Below, one piece after another: positions 45,501-57,770 of a DNA stretch of 64,000 nucleotides. The translations under genes and the position numbers were made by a program. Position 1 is the first letter of the stretch, and each line of letters starts with the position of its first letter. The notes under the pieces are model-generated. The model was not told the origin of the DNA and did not search any database. It saw only the letters and a program-made list of their open reading frames with translations. The stretch is from Eledone cirrhosa (lineage: Eukaryota): contig OZ024742.1 of assembly GCA_964016885.1 (NCBI GenBank), positions 363,072,001 to 363,136,000 of the forward strand, read 5' to 3'.

Positions 45501-48500
45501 AGTTAGTAGGTTAGATATGTAGAAGTGTTACCGACTGTGGTTGGTACACTGGGAGTAGTTAGTAGGTTAGACATGTAGTAGTGGTACCGACTGTGGTTAG
45601 TGTACTGGGAGTAGTTAGTAGGTTAGACATGTAGAAGTGGTACCGACTGTGGTTGGTACACTAGGATTAGTTAGTAGGTTCGACATGTAGTAGTTGCATC
45701 GACTGTAGTTAGTGTACTGGGTGTATTTAGTAGGATAGACATGTAGAAGTGGTACCGATTGTGGTTGGTGTACTAGGAGTAGTTGGTAGGTTAGACATGT
45801 AGAAGTGGTACCGACTGTGGTTGGTACACTGGGAGTAGTTAGTAGGTTAGACATGTAGAAGTGGTACCGACTCTGGTTGGTACACTGGGAGTAGTTAGTA
45901 GGATAGACATGTAGAAGTGGTACCGACTGTGGTTAGTGTACTGGGAGTAGTTAGTAGGATAGACATGTAGAAGTGGTACCGACTGTGGTTGGTACACTGG
46001 GAGTAGTTAGTAGGTTAGACATGTAGAAGTGGTACCGACTGTGGTTGGTGTACTGGGAGTAGTTAGTAGGGTAGACATGTAGAAGTGGTACCGACTGTGG
46101 TTGGTGTACTGGGAGTAGTTAGTAGGTTAGACATGTAGAAGTGGTACCGACTGTGGTTAGTGTACTGGGAGTAGTTAGTAGGATAGACATGTAGAAGTGG
46201 TACCGACTGTGGTTAGTGTACTGGGAGTAGTTAGTAGGATAGACATGTAGAAGTGGTACCGTCTGTGGTTGGTACACTGTGAGTAGTTAGTAGGTTAGAC
46301 ATGTAGAAGTGGTACCGACTGTGGTTAGTGTACTGGGAGTAGTTAGTAGGATAGACATGTAGTAGTGGTACCAACTCTGGTTGGTGTATTAGGAGTAGTT
46401 AGTAGGTTAGACATGTAGTAGTGGTACCGACTGTGGTCGGTGTATTAGGAGTAGTTAGTAGGTTACATATGTAGTAGTTGTACCGACTGTGGTTGGTGTA
46501 CTGGGAGTAGTTAGTAGGTTAGACATGTAGTAGTGGTACCGACTGTGGTTGGTGTACTGGGAGTAGTTGGTAGGTTAGACATGTAGTAGTGGTACTGACT
46601 GTGGTTGGTGTATTAGGAGTAGTTAGTAGGTTACATATGTAGTAGTGGTACCGACTGTGGTTGGTGTACTAGGAGTAGTTAGTAGGTTAGACATGTAGTA
46701 GTGGTACCGACTGTGGTTGGTGTACTAGGAGTAGTTATTAGGTTAGACATGTAGTAGTGGTATAATGTGTGGTTGGTGTACTAGGAGTAGTTAGTAGGTT
46801 AGACATGTAGAAGTGGTACCAATTGTGGTTGGGCTACTGGGAGTAGTTAGTAAATTAGACATGTAGTAGTTGTACCGACTGTGGTAGGTACAGTGGGAGT
46901 AATTACTAGGTTACACATGTAGAAGTGGTATCGGCTGTGGTTGGTGTACTAGGACTAGTTAGTAGGTTATTCATGTAGAAGTGGTACCATGTGTGGTTGG
47001 TGTACTGGGAGTAGTTAGTAGGTTAGATATGTAGAAGTGGTACCGACTGTGGTAATTACACTAGGATTAGTTAGTAGGTTAGACATGTAGTAGTGGCATC
47101 GACTGTGGTTAGTGTACTTGGTGTATTTAGTAGGATAGACATGTAGAAGTGGTACCGATTGTGGTTGGTGTACTAGGTGTAGTTGGTAGGTTAGACATGT
47201 AGAAGTGGTACCGACTGTGGTTGGTACACTGGGAGTAGTTAGTAGGTTAGACATGTAGTAGTGGTACCGACTGTGGTTGGTACACTGGGAGTAGTTAGTA
47301 GGTTAGACATGTAGAAGTGGTACCGACTGTGGTTGGTACACTGGGAGTAGTTAGTAGGTTAGACATGTAGAAGTGGTACCGACTCTGGTTGGTACACTGG
47401 GAGTAGTTAGTAGGATAGACATGTAGAAGTGGTACCGACTGTGGTTAGTGTACTGGGAGTAGTTAGTAGGATAGACATGTAGAAGTGGTACCGACTGTGG
47501 TTGGTGTACTGGGAGTAGTTAGTAGGGTAGACATGTAGAAGTGGTACCGACTGTGGTTGGTACACTGGGAGTAGTTAGTAGGGTAGACATGTAGAAGTGG
47601 TACCGACTCTGGTTAGTGTACTGGGAGTAGTTAGTAGGATAGACATGTAGAAGTGGTACCGACTGTGGTTGGTGTACTGGGAGTAGTTGGTAGGTTAGAT
47701 ATGTAGAAGTGGTACTGACTGTGGTTGGTGTACTGTGAGTAGTTAGTAGGTTAGACATGTAGTAGTGGTACCAATTGTGGTTGGTGTACTGGGAATAGTT
47801 AGTAGGTTAGACATGTAGTAGTGGTACCGACTGTGGTTGATACACTGTGAGTAGTTAGTAGGTTAGACATGTAGTAGTGGTACCGACTGTGGTTAGTGTA
47901 CTAGGAATAGTTAGTAGGTTACATATGTAGAAGTGGTACCGACTGTGGTTGGTACACTGGGAGTAGTTGGTAGGTTAGACATGTAGAAGTGGTACCGACT
48001 GTGGTTGGTGTACTGGGAGTAGTTAGTAGGTTAGACATGTAGAAGTGGTACCGACTGTGGTTGGTACACTGGGAGTAGTTAGTAGGTTAGACATGTAGAA
48101 GTGGTACCGACTGTGGTTGGTACACTGGGTGTAGTTAGTAGGTTACACATGTAGTAGTGGTACCGACTATGGTTGGTGTACTGGGAGTAGTTGGTAGGGT
48201 AGACATGTAGAAGTGGTACCGACTGTGGTTGGTGTACTGGGTGTAGTTGGTAGGGTAGACATGTAGAAGTGGTACCGACTGTGGTTGGTGTACTGGGAAT
48301 AGTTAGTAGGTTAGACATGTAGTAGTGGTACCGACTGTGGTCGGTGTATTAGGAGTAGTTAGTAGGTTAGACATGTAGAAGTGGTACCAATTGTGGTTGG
48401 TGTACTGGGAATAGTTAGTAGGTTAGACATGTAGTAGTGGTACCGACTGTGGTTAGTGTACTAGGAATAGTTAGTAGGTTACATATGTAGTAGTGGTACC

Positions 48501-51008
48501 GACTGTGGTTGGTGTACTGCTAGTAGTTAGTAGGTTAGACATGTAGAAGTGATACCGACAGTGATTGGTATACTAGGAGTATTTAGTATGTTAGACATGT
48601 AGTATGGGTACCGACTGTGGTTGGTACACTGGGAGTAGTTAGTAGGTTAGACATGTAGAAGTGGCACCGACTGTGGTTGGTGTACTGGGTGTAGTTAGTA
48701 GGTTAGACATGTAGTAGTGGTACCGACTGTGGTTGGTACACTGGGAGTAGTTAGTAGGTTAGATATGTAGAAGTGGTACCGACTGTGGTTGGTACACTGG
48801 GAGTAGTTGGTAGGTTAGACATGTAGTAGTGGTACCGACTGTGGTTAGTGTACTAGGAATAGTTAGTACTTTAGACATCTAGAAGTGGTACCCACTGTTG
48901 TTGGTGTACTGGGAGTAGTTAGTAGGTTAGACATGTAGAAGTGGTACTGACTGTGGTTGGTGTACTAGGAGTAGTTAGTAGGTTAGACATGTAGAAGTGG
49001 TACCGACTGTGGTTGGTACACTGGGAGTAGTTGGTAGGTTAGACATGTAGTAGTGGTACCAATTGTGGTTGGTGTACTGGGAATAGTTAGTAGGTTAGAC
49101 ATGTAGTAGTGGTACCGACTGTGGTTAGTGTACTAGGAATAGTTAGTAGGTTACATATGTAGAAGTGGTACCGACTGTGGTTGGTACACTGGGAGTAGTT
49201 GGTAGGTTAGACATGTAGTAGTGGTACCGACTGTGGTTAGTGTACTAGGAATAGTTAGTACTTTAGACATCTAGAAGTGGTACCCACTGTTGTTGGTGTA
49301 CTGGGAGTAGTTAGTAGGTTAGACATGTAGAAGTGTTACCGACTGTGGTTGGTACACTGGGAGTAGTTAGTAGGTTAGACATGTAGAAGTGGTACCGACT
49401 GTGGTTGGTGTACTGGGAGTAGTTGGTAGGTTAGACATGTAGAAGTGGTACCGACTGTGGTTAGTACACTGGGAGTAGTTGGTAGGTTAGACATGTAGAG
49501 GTGGTAGCGACTGTGGTTGGTGTACTAGGAGTAGTTAGTAGGTTAGACATGTAGTAGTGGTACCGACTGTGGTTGGTACACTGGGAGTAGTAATCAGGTT
49601 AGGCATATAGTATTTGTATCATTTGTGGTTGGTACACTGGGAGTAGTTGGTAGGTTAGACATGTAGAAGTGGTACCGACTGTGGTTAGTACACTGGGAGT
49701 AGTTGGTAGGTTAGACATGTAGTAGTGGTACCGACTGTGGTTGGTACACTGGGAGTAGTTAGTAGGTTAGACATGTAGAACTGCTACCGACTGTGGTTGG
49801 TGTACTGGGAGTAGTTAGTAAGTTTCACATGTAGTAGTTGTACCGACTGTGGTTGGTGTACTGGGAGTAGTTAGTAGGTTAGACATGTAGTAGTGGTACC
49901 GACTGTGGTTGGTGTACAGGGAGTAGTTAGTAGGTTAGACATGTAGTAGAGGTACCGACTGTGGTTGGTGTACTGAGAGTAGTTAGTAGGTTAGTCATGT
50001 AGAAGTGGTACCGACTGTGGTTGGTACACTGGGAGTAGTTAGTAGGTTAGACATGTAGTAGTGGTACCGCCTGTGGTTGGTGTACTGGGAGTAGTTGGTA
50101 GGTTAGACTTGTAGAAGTGGTACCGAATGTGGTTGGTGTACTAGGGGTAGTTAGTACTTTAGACATCTAGAAGTGGTACCCACTGTGGTTGGTACACTGG
50201 GAGTAGTTAGTAGGTTAGACATGTAGTATTGGTACCGACTCTGGTTGGTACACTGGGAGTAGTTAGTAGGTTAGACATGTAGACGTGGTACCGACTGTGG
50301 TTGGTGTACTTGGAGTAGTTATTAGGTTAGGCATATAGTATTTGTACCAATTGTGGTTGGTACACTGGGAGTAGTTAGTAGGTTAGACATGTAGAAGTGT
50401 TACCGACTGTGGTTGGTACACTAGGATTAGTTAGTAGGTTAGACATGTAGTAGTGGTACCAATTGTGGTTGGTGTAATATGAGTAGTTAGTTGGTTAGAC
50501 ATGTGGAAGTGATACCGACTGTGATTGGTATACTAGGAGTATTTAGTAGGTTAAACATGTAGTAGTGGTACCGACTGTGGTTGGTGTACTGGGAGTAGTT
50601 AGTAGGTTAGACAGGTAGAAGTGTTACCGACTGTGGTTGGTGTACTAGGAGTAGTTAGTAGGTTAGACATGTAGTAGTGGTACCACTTGTGGTTGGTGTT
50701 CTAGGAGTAGTTAGTAGGTTAGACATGTAGAAGTGCTACCGACTGTGGTTGGTGTACTAGGAGTTGTAAGTAGAAGTTTTGATGCAAGGATTGAGAATTA
50801 CAAGCTGGATAGGATTGTTGTAGAAAACAGCCATGTTGGGAACAGCAAAGATTCTAAGGTGGTTTTGGGAAATTTGAAGGAGAAGAAAAAACCGAAAGGA
50901 CCTTTGGTTTTTGGTTATGTCTCGCTATCTTGGCATAGAATCGTTATAACATCTTCCAGAGCAAATTACAATTCGAAGACAGACAACAACAAGAACAAGA
51001 ATAATAAT
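42550..51008 (+). mobile_element. 3' fragment of an R4/Dong-type (RLE) non-LTR retrotransposon interrupted by its own satellite expansion
   Basis: Left flank translates VNE*ESEKVEKYQ / KLWIIRHVEVVPTVVGTLGVV. Right flank translates VLPTVVGVLGVVSRSFDARIE / IGLL*KTAMLGTAKILR, then a 3'UTR and a CAA/AAT tail. (AAT)n also lies on the left. Confidence 0.8.
42603..50765. repeat. 56-bp tandem satellite, about 145 copies: TTAGACATGTAG(A/T)AGTGGTACCGACTGTGGTTGGTRYACTGGGAGTAGTTAGTAGG
   Basis: Period of 56 read directly. Most monomers carry one GGTACC and one ACATGT site. Confidence 0.98.
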
Positions 51009-51218
51009 GTTTTCTTATACAGGCACAAGGCCAGCAATTTTTGGGGAAGGGAAGGTCGATCAACTCGACCCCAGTGCATGACTGGTACTTTATTTTATCG
51101 ACCCCGTAAGGATGAAATGCAAAGTTAACCTCGGCATGGTTTGAGCTTAGACCGTAAAGGGACGTAACTATGCTGGAAATCATGGCGTCCGACCCTCTAC
51201 CGATACTGCCAATCCACC
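51009..51218 (-). mobile_element. tRNA-derived SINE, inserted at the AAT tail of the R4-like element
   Basis: Reverse complement of the family motif (CTGGTACTTTATTTTATCGACCCCGTAAGGATGAAA) and of the head (CTCTACCGATACTGCCAATCC). Confidence 0.88.
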
Positions 51219-51535
51219 AATAATAAGGATGATGATGATGATAATAATTTCTTTCGTATACTAAAAAGCGCGTCATTAAGATGAGACATTACATCGATAA
51301 GTTACAAAATGCCGGTGATGTTTACATAGAAATGATAAAATTGCTAACATAAATAAATTACAAACAAGTTTACACCGAGAGCTAAATACCTAATGTCTAA
51401 TATATATGTTAGGAATAGCAGAGATCCTCAACAACATTGACCACCAAGGGTGTGTGCCATCTTCCACACTATCATTGATGATTCATTCGTAAATGACATC
51501 ATGAGATAATATTATAACCCATCTTCCTATCATAG

Positions 51536-51600
51536 ATGAAAGCATTACCTGTAGGAGGTAAACAGCTAAAGACAGCAGCAGGATTTCTTGAAGATCAAAG
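51536..51600 (+). CDS. Candidate host-gene exon, product unknown (MKALPVGGKQLKTAAGFLEDQ)
   Basis: Pyrimidine-rich acceptor CCCATCTTCCTATCATAG, an open frame and donor AAG|GTATTA. No homology recognised. Confidence 0.3.
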
Positions 51601-51852
51601 GTATTAAAATATTAGAGAAACATATATTTTCAATTTACATATAGCATATTGGTTTAATGCCTCGACTGTAGTGAAAGAAAATATACATAACATGAATCAT
51701 CGTATAGCCGTGAAATATCAAATTTCCCTATATATTTATATATACACATACACGCACATACACATGTACATGTGCATATATATATATTTGTGTGTGTGTG
51801 TATATATATATATATGTATATATATGTATATATAAATTTAGCTTCCTTTATT

Positions 51853-51907
51853 ACTGCTATATATATTTCGGTGACAGCCATCTTTGGCTGTGACCTCTTC
51901 AGGCAGT
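51853..51907 (-). ncRNA. Type I hammerhead ribozyme with an intact core
   Basis: Minus strand reads ACTGC-CTGAAGA-GGTCACAGCCA AAGA TGGCTGTCACC-GAAA-TATATA-TA-GCAGT: 5-bp stem I, 10/11-bp stem II with the core-proximal G-C pair, palindromic stem III and an AUA triplet. Confidence 0.85.
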
Positions 51908-52016
51908 CCGAATTAGTGTGGTATAGACAAGTACATATGTTATTGAGGTGTATAATTTTGTCAATACTCTGATATGCCCAGTTCCTGGTTGGGTTGGTAT
52001 TTTACTTTATCTTACA

Positions 52017-52894
52017 CTAGCAGTAAAGCCCGGCGTTGCTCGGGGTCGCTCAGTAGCTGTGTTAAAGTTACAATGTTAAGTTTCTTTTTTGGCTTAAAAA
52101 CTGTAGTGTCTACTGTGCAGACTTGCATGTGGTGTTTTTGATTAATATTCCCTCAACCAACAATATGCCTTATGAAGTTAAGAAAACATAACGATAACCC
52201 GAATGTTATAACAAAAGAGGATGTTGGGGATAAAAACTGCACTGGTTATTTATTAACAAAGATCGAAAATGTAAACACTGCAACGCAGAGAAAAACATTA
52301 GCGTAACCAAATTATCAGTTATGTCTGTCTGCACGCCTATATCACCTCTCTGCACGACTGTCTGTCTGCACGCCTATATCACCTCTCTGCACGACTGTCT
52401 GTCTGCACGCCTATATCACCTCTCTGCACGACTGTCTGTCTGCACGACTGTCTGTCTGCACGCCTAACGACGAAATATTTGCTTGTTTTACGTAGTCTTT
52501 AAATAGACTTGTTTTCAAGTAAAAATATTGTTTTAAAATGCTTTTAAATGGAAATGAAACAAAACGGAAGCTTAGTGTTCGAACATATGAATTTTGCAGG
52601 TCAATATTTTGCTGGCTCGACAACTGTTAAAGCCAGCGTAATTTTTTACGTAAGACGCTCAATGTAAACAGAACAAAGGGAAATAACTGATAACTTACGC
52701 TCAAAAATCGATACATTATATTCGATTTCGTCACATAGGGTGGGTCAATTTGAAATATTTTTTTTTCCGATGTCTTCGCTAGGGCTCAATGTACAAGTAT
52801 AGCAATTTCGGTGCAATTCCGTGAGAGATTCTAAGAGGAGATGTGTGCCAAAAATCGATAGACAGACAGACAACCACAGTTTTATATATATAGA
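52017..52894 (-). mobile_element. Non-autonomous Helitron
   Basis: The minus strand starts with TC and ends with CTAG. It sits between A and T with no TSD and has a subterminal hairpin CCCGAGC-AAC-GCCGGG ~8 nt before CTAG. The empty site is visible in the paralogue at ~63167-63180. Confidence 0.85.
52322..52466. repeat. 37-bp minisatellite (3 copies plus partials) inside the Helitron
   Basis: TGTCTGTCTGCACGCCTATATCACCTCTCTGCACGAC at 52322, 52359 and 52396. Confidence 0.92.
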
Positions 52895-52983
52895 TTACTC
52901 CGGAGTAACCAAACCAACCTTCGCACTTCGTCGAGTGCTCCAGGCTGCATACTGAGGTGTTGGTATACAACCAACATATACTC

Positions 52984-53263
<280 letters not shown>

Positions 53264-53270
53264 CAAAAAG

Positions 53271-53364
53271 TATGACCCCGACGCCAGAGCTCAAGCCGTT
53301 TCGACGGCTATTTCAGTCCAGAAATAGCCGTCGAAACGGCTTGAGCTCTGCCGTCGGGATCATA
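53271..53364. repeat. GC-rich hairpin with 44-bp arms (42/44 match) and a 6-nt loop
   Basis: 53271-53314 pairs with 53321-53364. Confidence 0.92.
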
Positions 53365-53452
53365 TTCTTTCCTATTTCCCACTCTACTACCCTAAGTATT
53401 AAGTACTCTGGTGCGTTATGGTCCATCTGGTTCCTTACCATATTTCCTTTGT

Positions 53453-53501
<49 letters not shown>

Positions 53502-54699
53502 ATGTATGTATATCTATATATATATATACGTACACGCGTATATGATTTAATGGTGAAACGAATTCATCCAAGCACACACACACACACACATATATACGCA
53601 TACACCCACACATATAATTATATATTTAAATAGAAGTTCTTATTAAACAAATACATACACACATATAATAATATGCTCTTAGAATAGTTCTTATATTTAT
53701 ATGAATATTCATATTTTTACAGTCACACACACACTTGTTATTTTACATTCACACACAAAATCAGACACACATGTGAATACACACACACATATACAGGCTC
53801 ACGCGTACAGACACTCGGATGCACACATACACACACACACGCACATACATATATATAATTGCGTTAAATTATTAAATACATTGAAAGTATATCTTTATGT
53901 CCAGTTAATCAGCTTCTTGTGAAATTATATAATCTCATTAAAGTATTTAAAACGGTTGCTACACAAGAAAATAACATATATCATATATAATATGTCAGCT
54001 ATAAAACTCGAAACCATTTTAAGTTTGCATTATTAACGTCACTGCTTTTATAAAGTAAGTTTTCTATAATAAATTTTATTAATAAAAAGCTGTCTTAGAC
54101 CGAAATGAGCTGTTAGGTTTTAGAACACAATTGGCAAATATAATGCAATGAACGAAAGGATTGGACTGCCGTCAGTTTCGACGCTGTATGCCACAGTTAT
54201 TCGATCAACGGAACCACTTTCCAATGAAATATATGTTTAAGTGGCTGCAAATTTCAAAAGCATGTGTAGCCTTAATGTAAATTTAAGTGTGATCTAGCAT
54301 GGCACATTGTATGACAAAATTTGTCCTTTAACGTATATATACAGTCCATCTGAAGGGTTTCCATACTGTTTCCCTCTACACAATTTCACCCTGGAGTCTT
54401 AGGAGGGGAATTCCAAGACTAAGTTAAGTGTCATGTGACCATGGGGTCGCTCTGAGCGATCGATCGACCTCGAGTCCTAATAATGGTGAAGGGAACTTCT
54501 TAAATATTCTGCGATGCCTCATCAACATGAACTCAAATAGAGTTACAGATAATTGGTAGACACGTAGTCATGGGTCTCACCTGAATAGGTTTACATGGCT
54601 TCCTAAGAAATCGTACTTCACAGGAGATTTCACAGGTGACCCTCATTCGCGTCGACTATGATTTCATTTTTTTACGATAATATCATTAAGCGATTTATG

Positions 54700-54790
<91 letters not shown>

Positions 54791-54817
54791 GTGAGAAAGA
54801 GATATAGAATGAGAACC

Positions 54818-54968
54818 GATTGCAGTACCAGGCTACTACTTTTTTATCGACCTCGAATGGATAAATGGCAAAGTTGACCTGGGTGGGATCTGAACTCAAA
54901 GAGCAGAAATTGGAAACGAATATTGCAATGCATCCTATCCGAGGTTCTAGCGACGCTGCCAATTCACT
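54818..54968 (-). mobile_element. Degenerate tRNA-derived SINE
   Basis: TTTTATCGACCTCGAATGGATAAATGGCAAAGTTGACCT and GATCTGAACTC match the reverse complement of the family. Confidence 0.7.
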
Positions 54969-55029
54969 GCCATTGAGAACCAAGTGTAGACCTATAATTG
55001 CTGTATTTACATTTTAGGACTTTTTATCG

Positions 55030-55200
55030 GCAAAGCCAACTGGCCGAAGACTCAGGGGAAGACTCCGAGCAACATGGATAACATCCATTAGCTCGGATCA
55101 GTTGGAGACATGTGTGTCAGATATGACCCATTGGAAGGTGTGTGTTTGTGGACTCGTCCCCCACGGCACTCTCAGGAGTATTGTGAGCGAAGAAGAAAGT
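55030..55200 (+). mobile_element. Short 3' fragment of an RTE-like LINE
   Basis: Translates KPTGRRLRGRLRATWITSI, resembling the GxRxRGRPxxxW motif at RTE ORF ends. Ends in GAAGAAGAA. Confidence 0.5.
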
Positions 55201-55644
55201 GTAATAAACAAAATAATCTAGTTCTATAAGACTTGCAACTGTCTATCATATGTAAATATTTAACATCGTTTCTCTATGTCAGTATAAAAGTCTCAGATGT
55301 ATGCTACTTAAGTTTGGTTCTGTAGTAAGTCAAAATAACCTGAAATCTAAACCATTTAAATACTTGCACTATTGTAAATGAGATACAATGTTACCCTGGC
55401 GAGTGTTGTTTTATAATGCACCTGAGGTCGTAAACAATTATTAGTAGGATATCTCCTCAGAAGACACGTGCGGAGATCTCGGCGAATACGGATATATAGG
55501 TAATAACATATGTGGATAAGAGAAGCGAGTTCCAAAAAGGGTTCCTCACATACATACACCATATATACATACATACATGCATTCATATATACATACATAT
55601 ACATACATATACATACATATACATACATATACATACATTCATAT

Positions 55645-55935
55645 ATGGTGGCTGCAAACTCGTTTTCGAGTACGGCCACTACTTTATATCCATGTAGGAG
55701 AACCCCTACTGATGCGCTGAACAAGTGTGCCTTTTTAGTCCAGCCAGCGACTTGAAAACTCTGGTACAAACACTACACTTGTCACAATTATTGACACCTA
55801 GTGCTGGGCCCATGGTACCATATGACGACAAGTGCAGAGAGATCTCCAGATATAAAGCAATGCCTGTGCCGTGAAGCTTTTATAGTGAGCAAAGGCACTG
55901 CACAAAGCCAGACCCACTCTCTTAACCAAGATGAT
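55645..55935 (-). mobile_element. Probable LINE 3' end with a C2H2-like zinc finger, embedded in (TACA)n
   Basis: 55777-55706 translates CSVCTRVFKSLAGLKRHTCSAHQ*. The upstream frame is broken and both sides are ATGT-type microsatellite. Confidence 0.5.
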
Positions 55936-56181
55936 ATTTATATATACATACATACATATATACATACATTCATATATACATACATTCATATATACATACA
56001 TTCATATATAAATACATACATACATACATACGTACACATATATACACGTATACACACATACATATAGACACACATACATACACACATACACACATGCATT
56101 CATACGTACATACACATACATACACACATAAATACACACATAAATACATATATTCATACATAAATATATACATACATACAT

Positions 56182-56223
<42 letters not shown>

Positions 56224-56498
56224 ATACATGCATGCGAAAATTAGGCTAATCAGTTCATGCATGTATTTGAGAATAATATTTATTGTTAGCAGTTCCAGTG
56301 GGTAGCAATGGAGAGAATACACAGTCTCGATAAGGAGCAAACACTCCGAAACAATTGCCCACTGTTCAGCTCAGCTACCGCTGAAACAAAACGATGACGT
56401 TGGTTGTCTAAAAAGCACACATGGTGTTTGTGAAGCTGTTTGCCTCCAAATAAACCGAATATAAATAATATTATATTATTATAATAGTATTATTATTG

Positions 56499-56543
<45 letters not shown>

Positions 56544-56930
56544 GGTATCCACAGTAAGTTGTGGGGTCTATTCTGCATGAAGAACTCGATGTAATCCATA
56601 TGTTGAAAATGTTGTAAGTTAAGATAAATCTCAGAAAACAATAAAACATTAAAAGGAAAACAGAGTCATAATATAAGTTAAAACAATGAAATAAAAAATC
56701 AAGTCATTAGAGATATACTTCACTGCTTTACGATCGTTTATAGACGATGATAATACATTGGATCTATACCCAGTAATTGATCTATGTAAGGTTAGTTAGA
56801 AACTATCAAATAAAGAGAATATTTACTTATATGCATATCACCAGCTGTTTTCAAAAGTAATAATAATTTTATTCAATAATGATTTTATTCAGAATTAGTA
56901 GTGTGTTAGTATCCTGTCTTTATTTGCACT

Positions 56931-57281
56931 ATGTCTACTACAGACTCCAACAAAACATATATAGGATCTACATCAAACACATTTAAGAAAAGATTTTACG
57001 CACACTCTAGTAGTTTTAACAATACTAAACTAGTTAACACCACATCTTTAGCTGAAGCGGTAAATAATTATAAAAAGGAAAAAATAGATTTCAAGTTATC
57101 GTGGAACACGATTCTACAAAGAACTCCATATCTTGGGAACAGAAGTGAATGCGGATTATGTTCAGGGAAGATCTTAGATATTACTAAATCTAAGGACGAT
57201 TTATTAAATAAAAGACAGGAATTAATCATAGTTTGTAATCACCGTATACGAAGGACATTTAAATACTATAAACCTAATTAA
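56931..57281 (+). pseudogene. GIY-YIG endonuclease fragment of a Naiad-like PLE
   Basis: KTYIGSTSNTFKKRFYAHSSSF...TTSLAE...KLSW...CGLC...LLNKRQELIIVCNH is collinear with the 32459-32800 domain. Confidence 0.85.
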
Positions 57282-57298
57282 ATACTATAAACCTAATT

Positions 57299-57560
57299 AA
57301 ATATTCTAAATAGCAACTCACTATAATTCCATATAGGATAACATTTATTAGAACCTCTTTCCCCTAATTATATGTATTCATACTTATCTTTTGCCTTTTA
57401 ATGTTTTAGCTTCCTTAGATTTATGCATTTAATATTCTAAATAGCAACTCACTATAATTCCATATAGGATAACATTTATAAGAACCTCTTTCCCCTAATT
57501 ATATGTATTCATACTTATCTTATGCCTTTTAATGTTTTAGCTTCCTTAGATTTATGCATT
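57299..57560. repeat. 131-bp tandem duplication in the PLE 3' region
   Basis: ATATTCTAAATAGCAACTCACTATA starts at 57301 and 57432. Confidence 0.92.
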
Positions 57561-57711
57561 AATGACTTAAGGCAATAGAATAGACAACCACCCGTAATTG
57601 CATGAGTATATATATATCTATGTATGATATGGAGATATATTTATGTATGTGTATGTATGTATGTATGTATGTATGTGTATGTATGTGTGTATATGTATTC
57701 ATGTATGTGTA

Positions 57712-57770
<59 letters not shown>

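Noticed and set aside
45615-48318. Four 79-aa minus-strand ORFs (MSNLLTTPSVPTT...) as a gene family
   Set aside because: They are chance read-throughs of the 56-bp satellite. The meaningful ancestral frame is on the plus strand.
50733-51128. 131-aa ORF as a real gene
   Set aside because: It is a chimera of the satellite end, out-of-frame retrotransposon sequence and an antisense SINE.
55385-55500. YNAPEV kinase-like motif
   Set aside because: It is followed by two stops and has no other kinase subdomain motifs.
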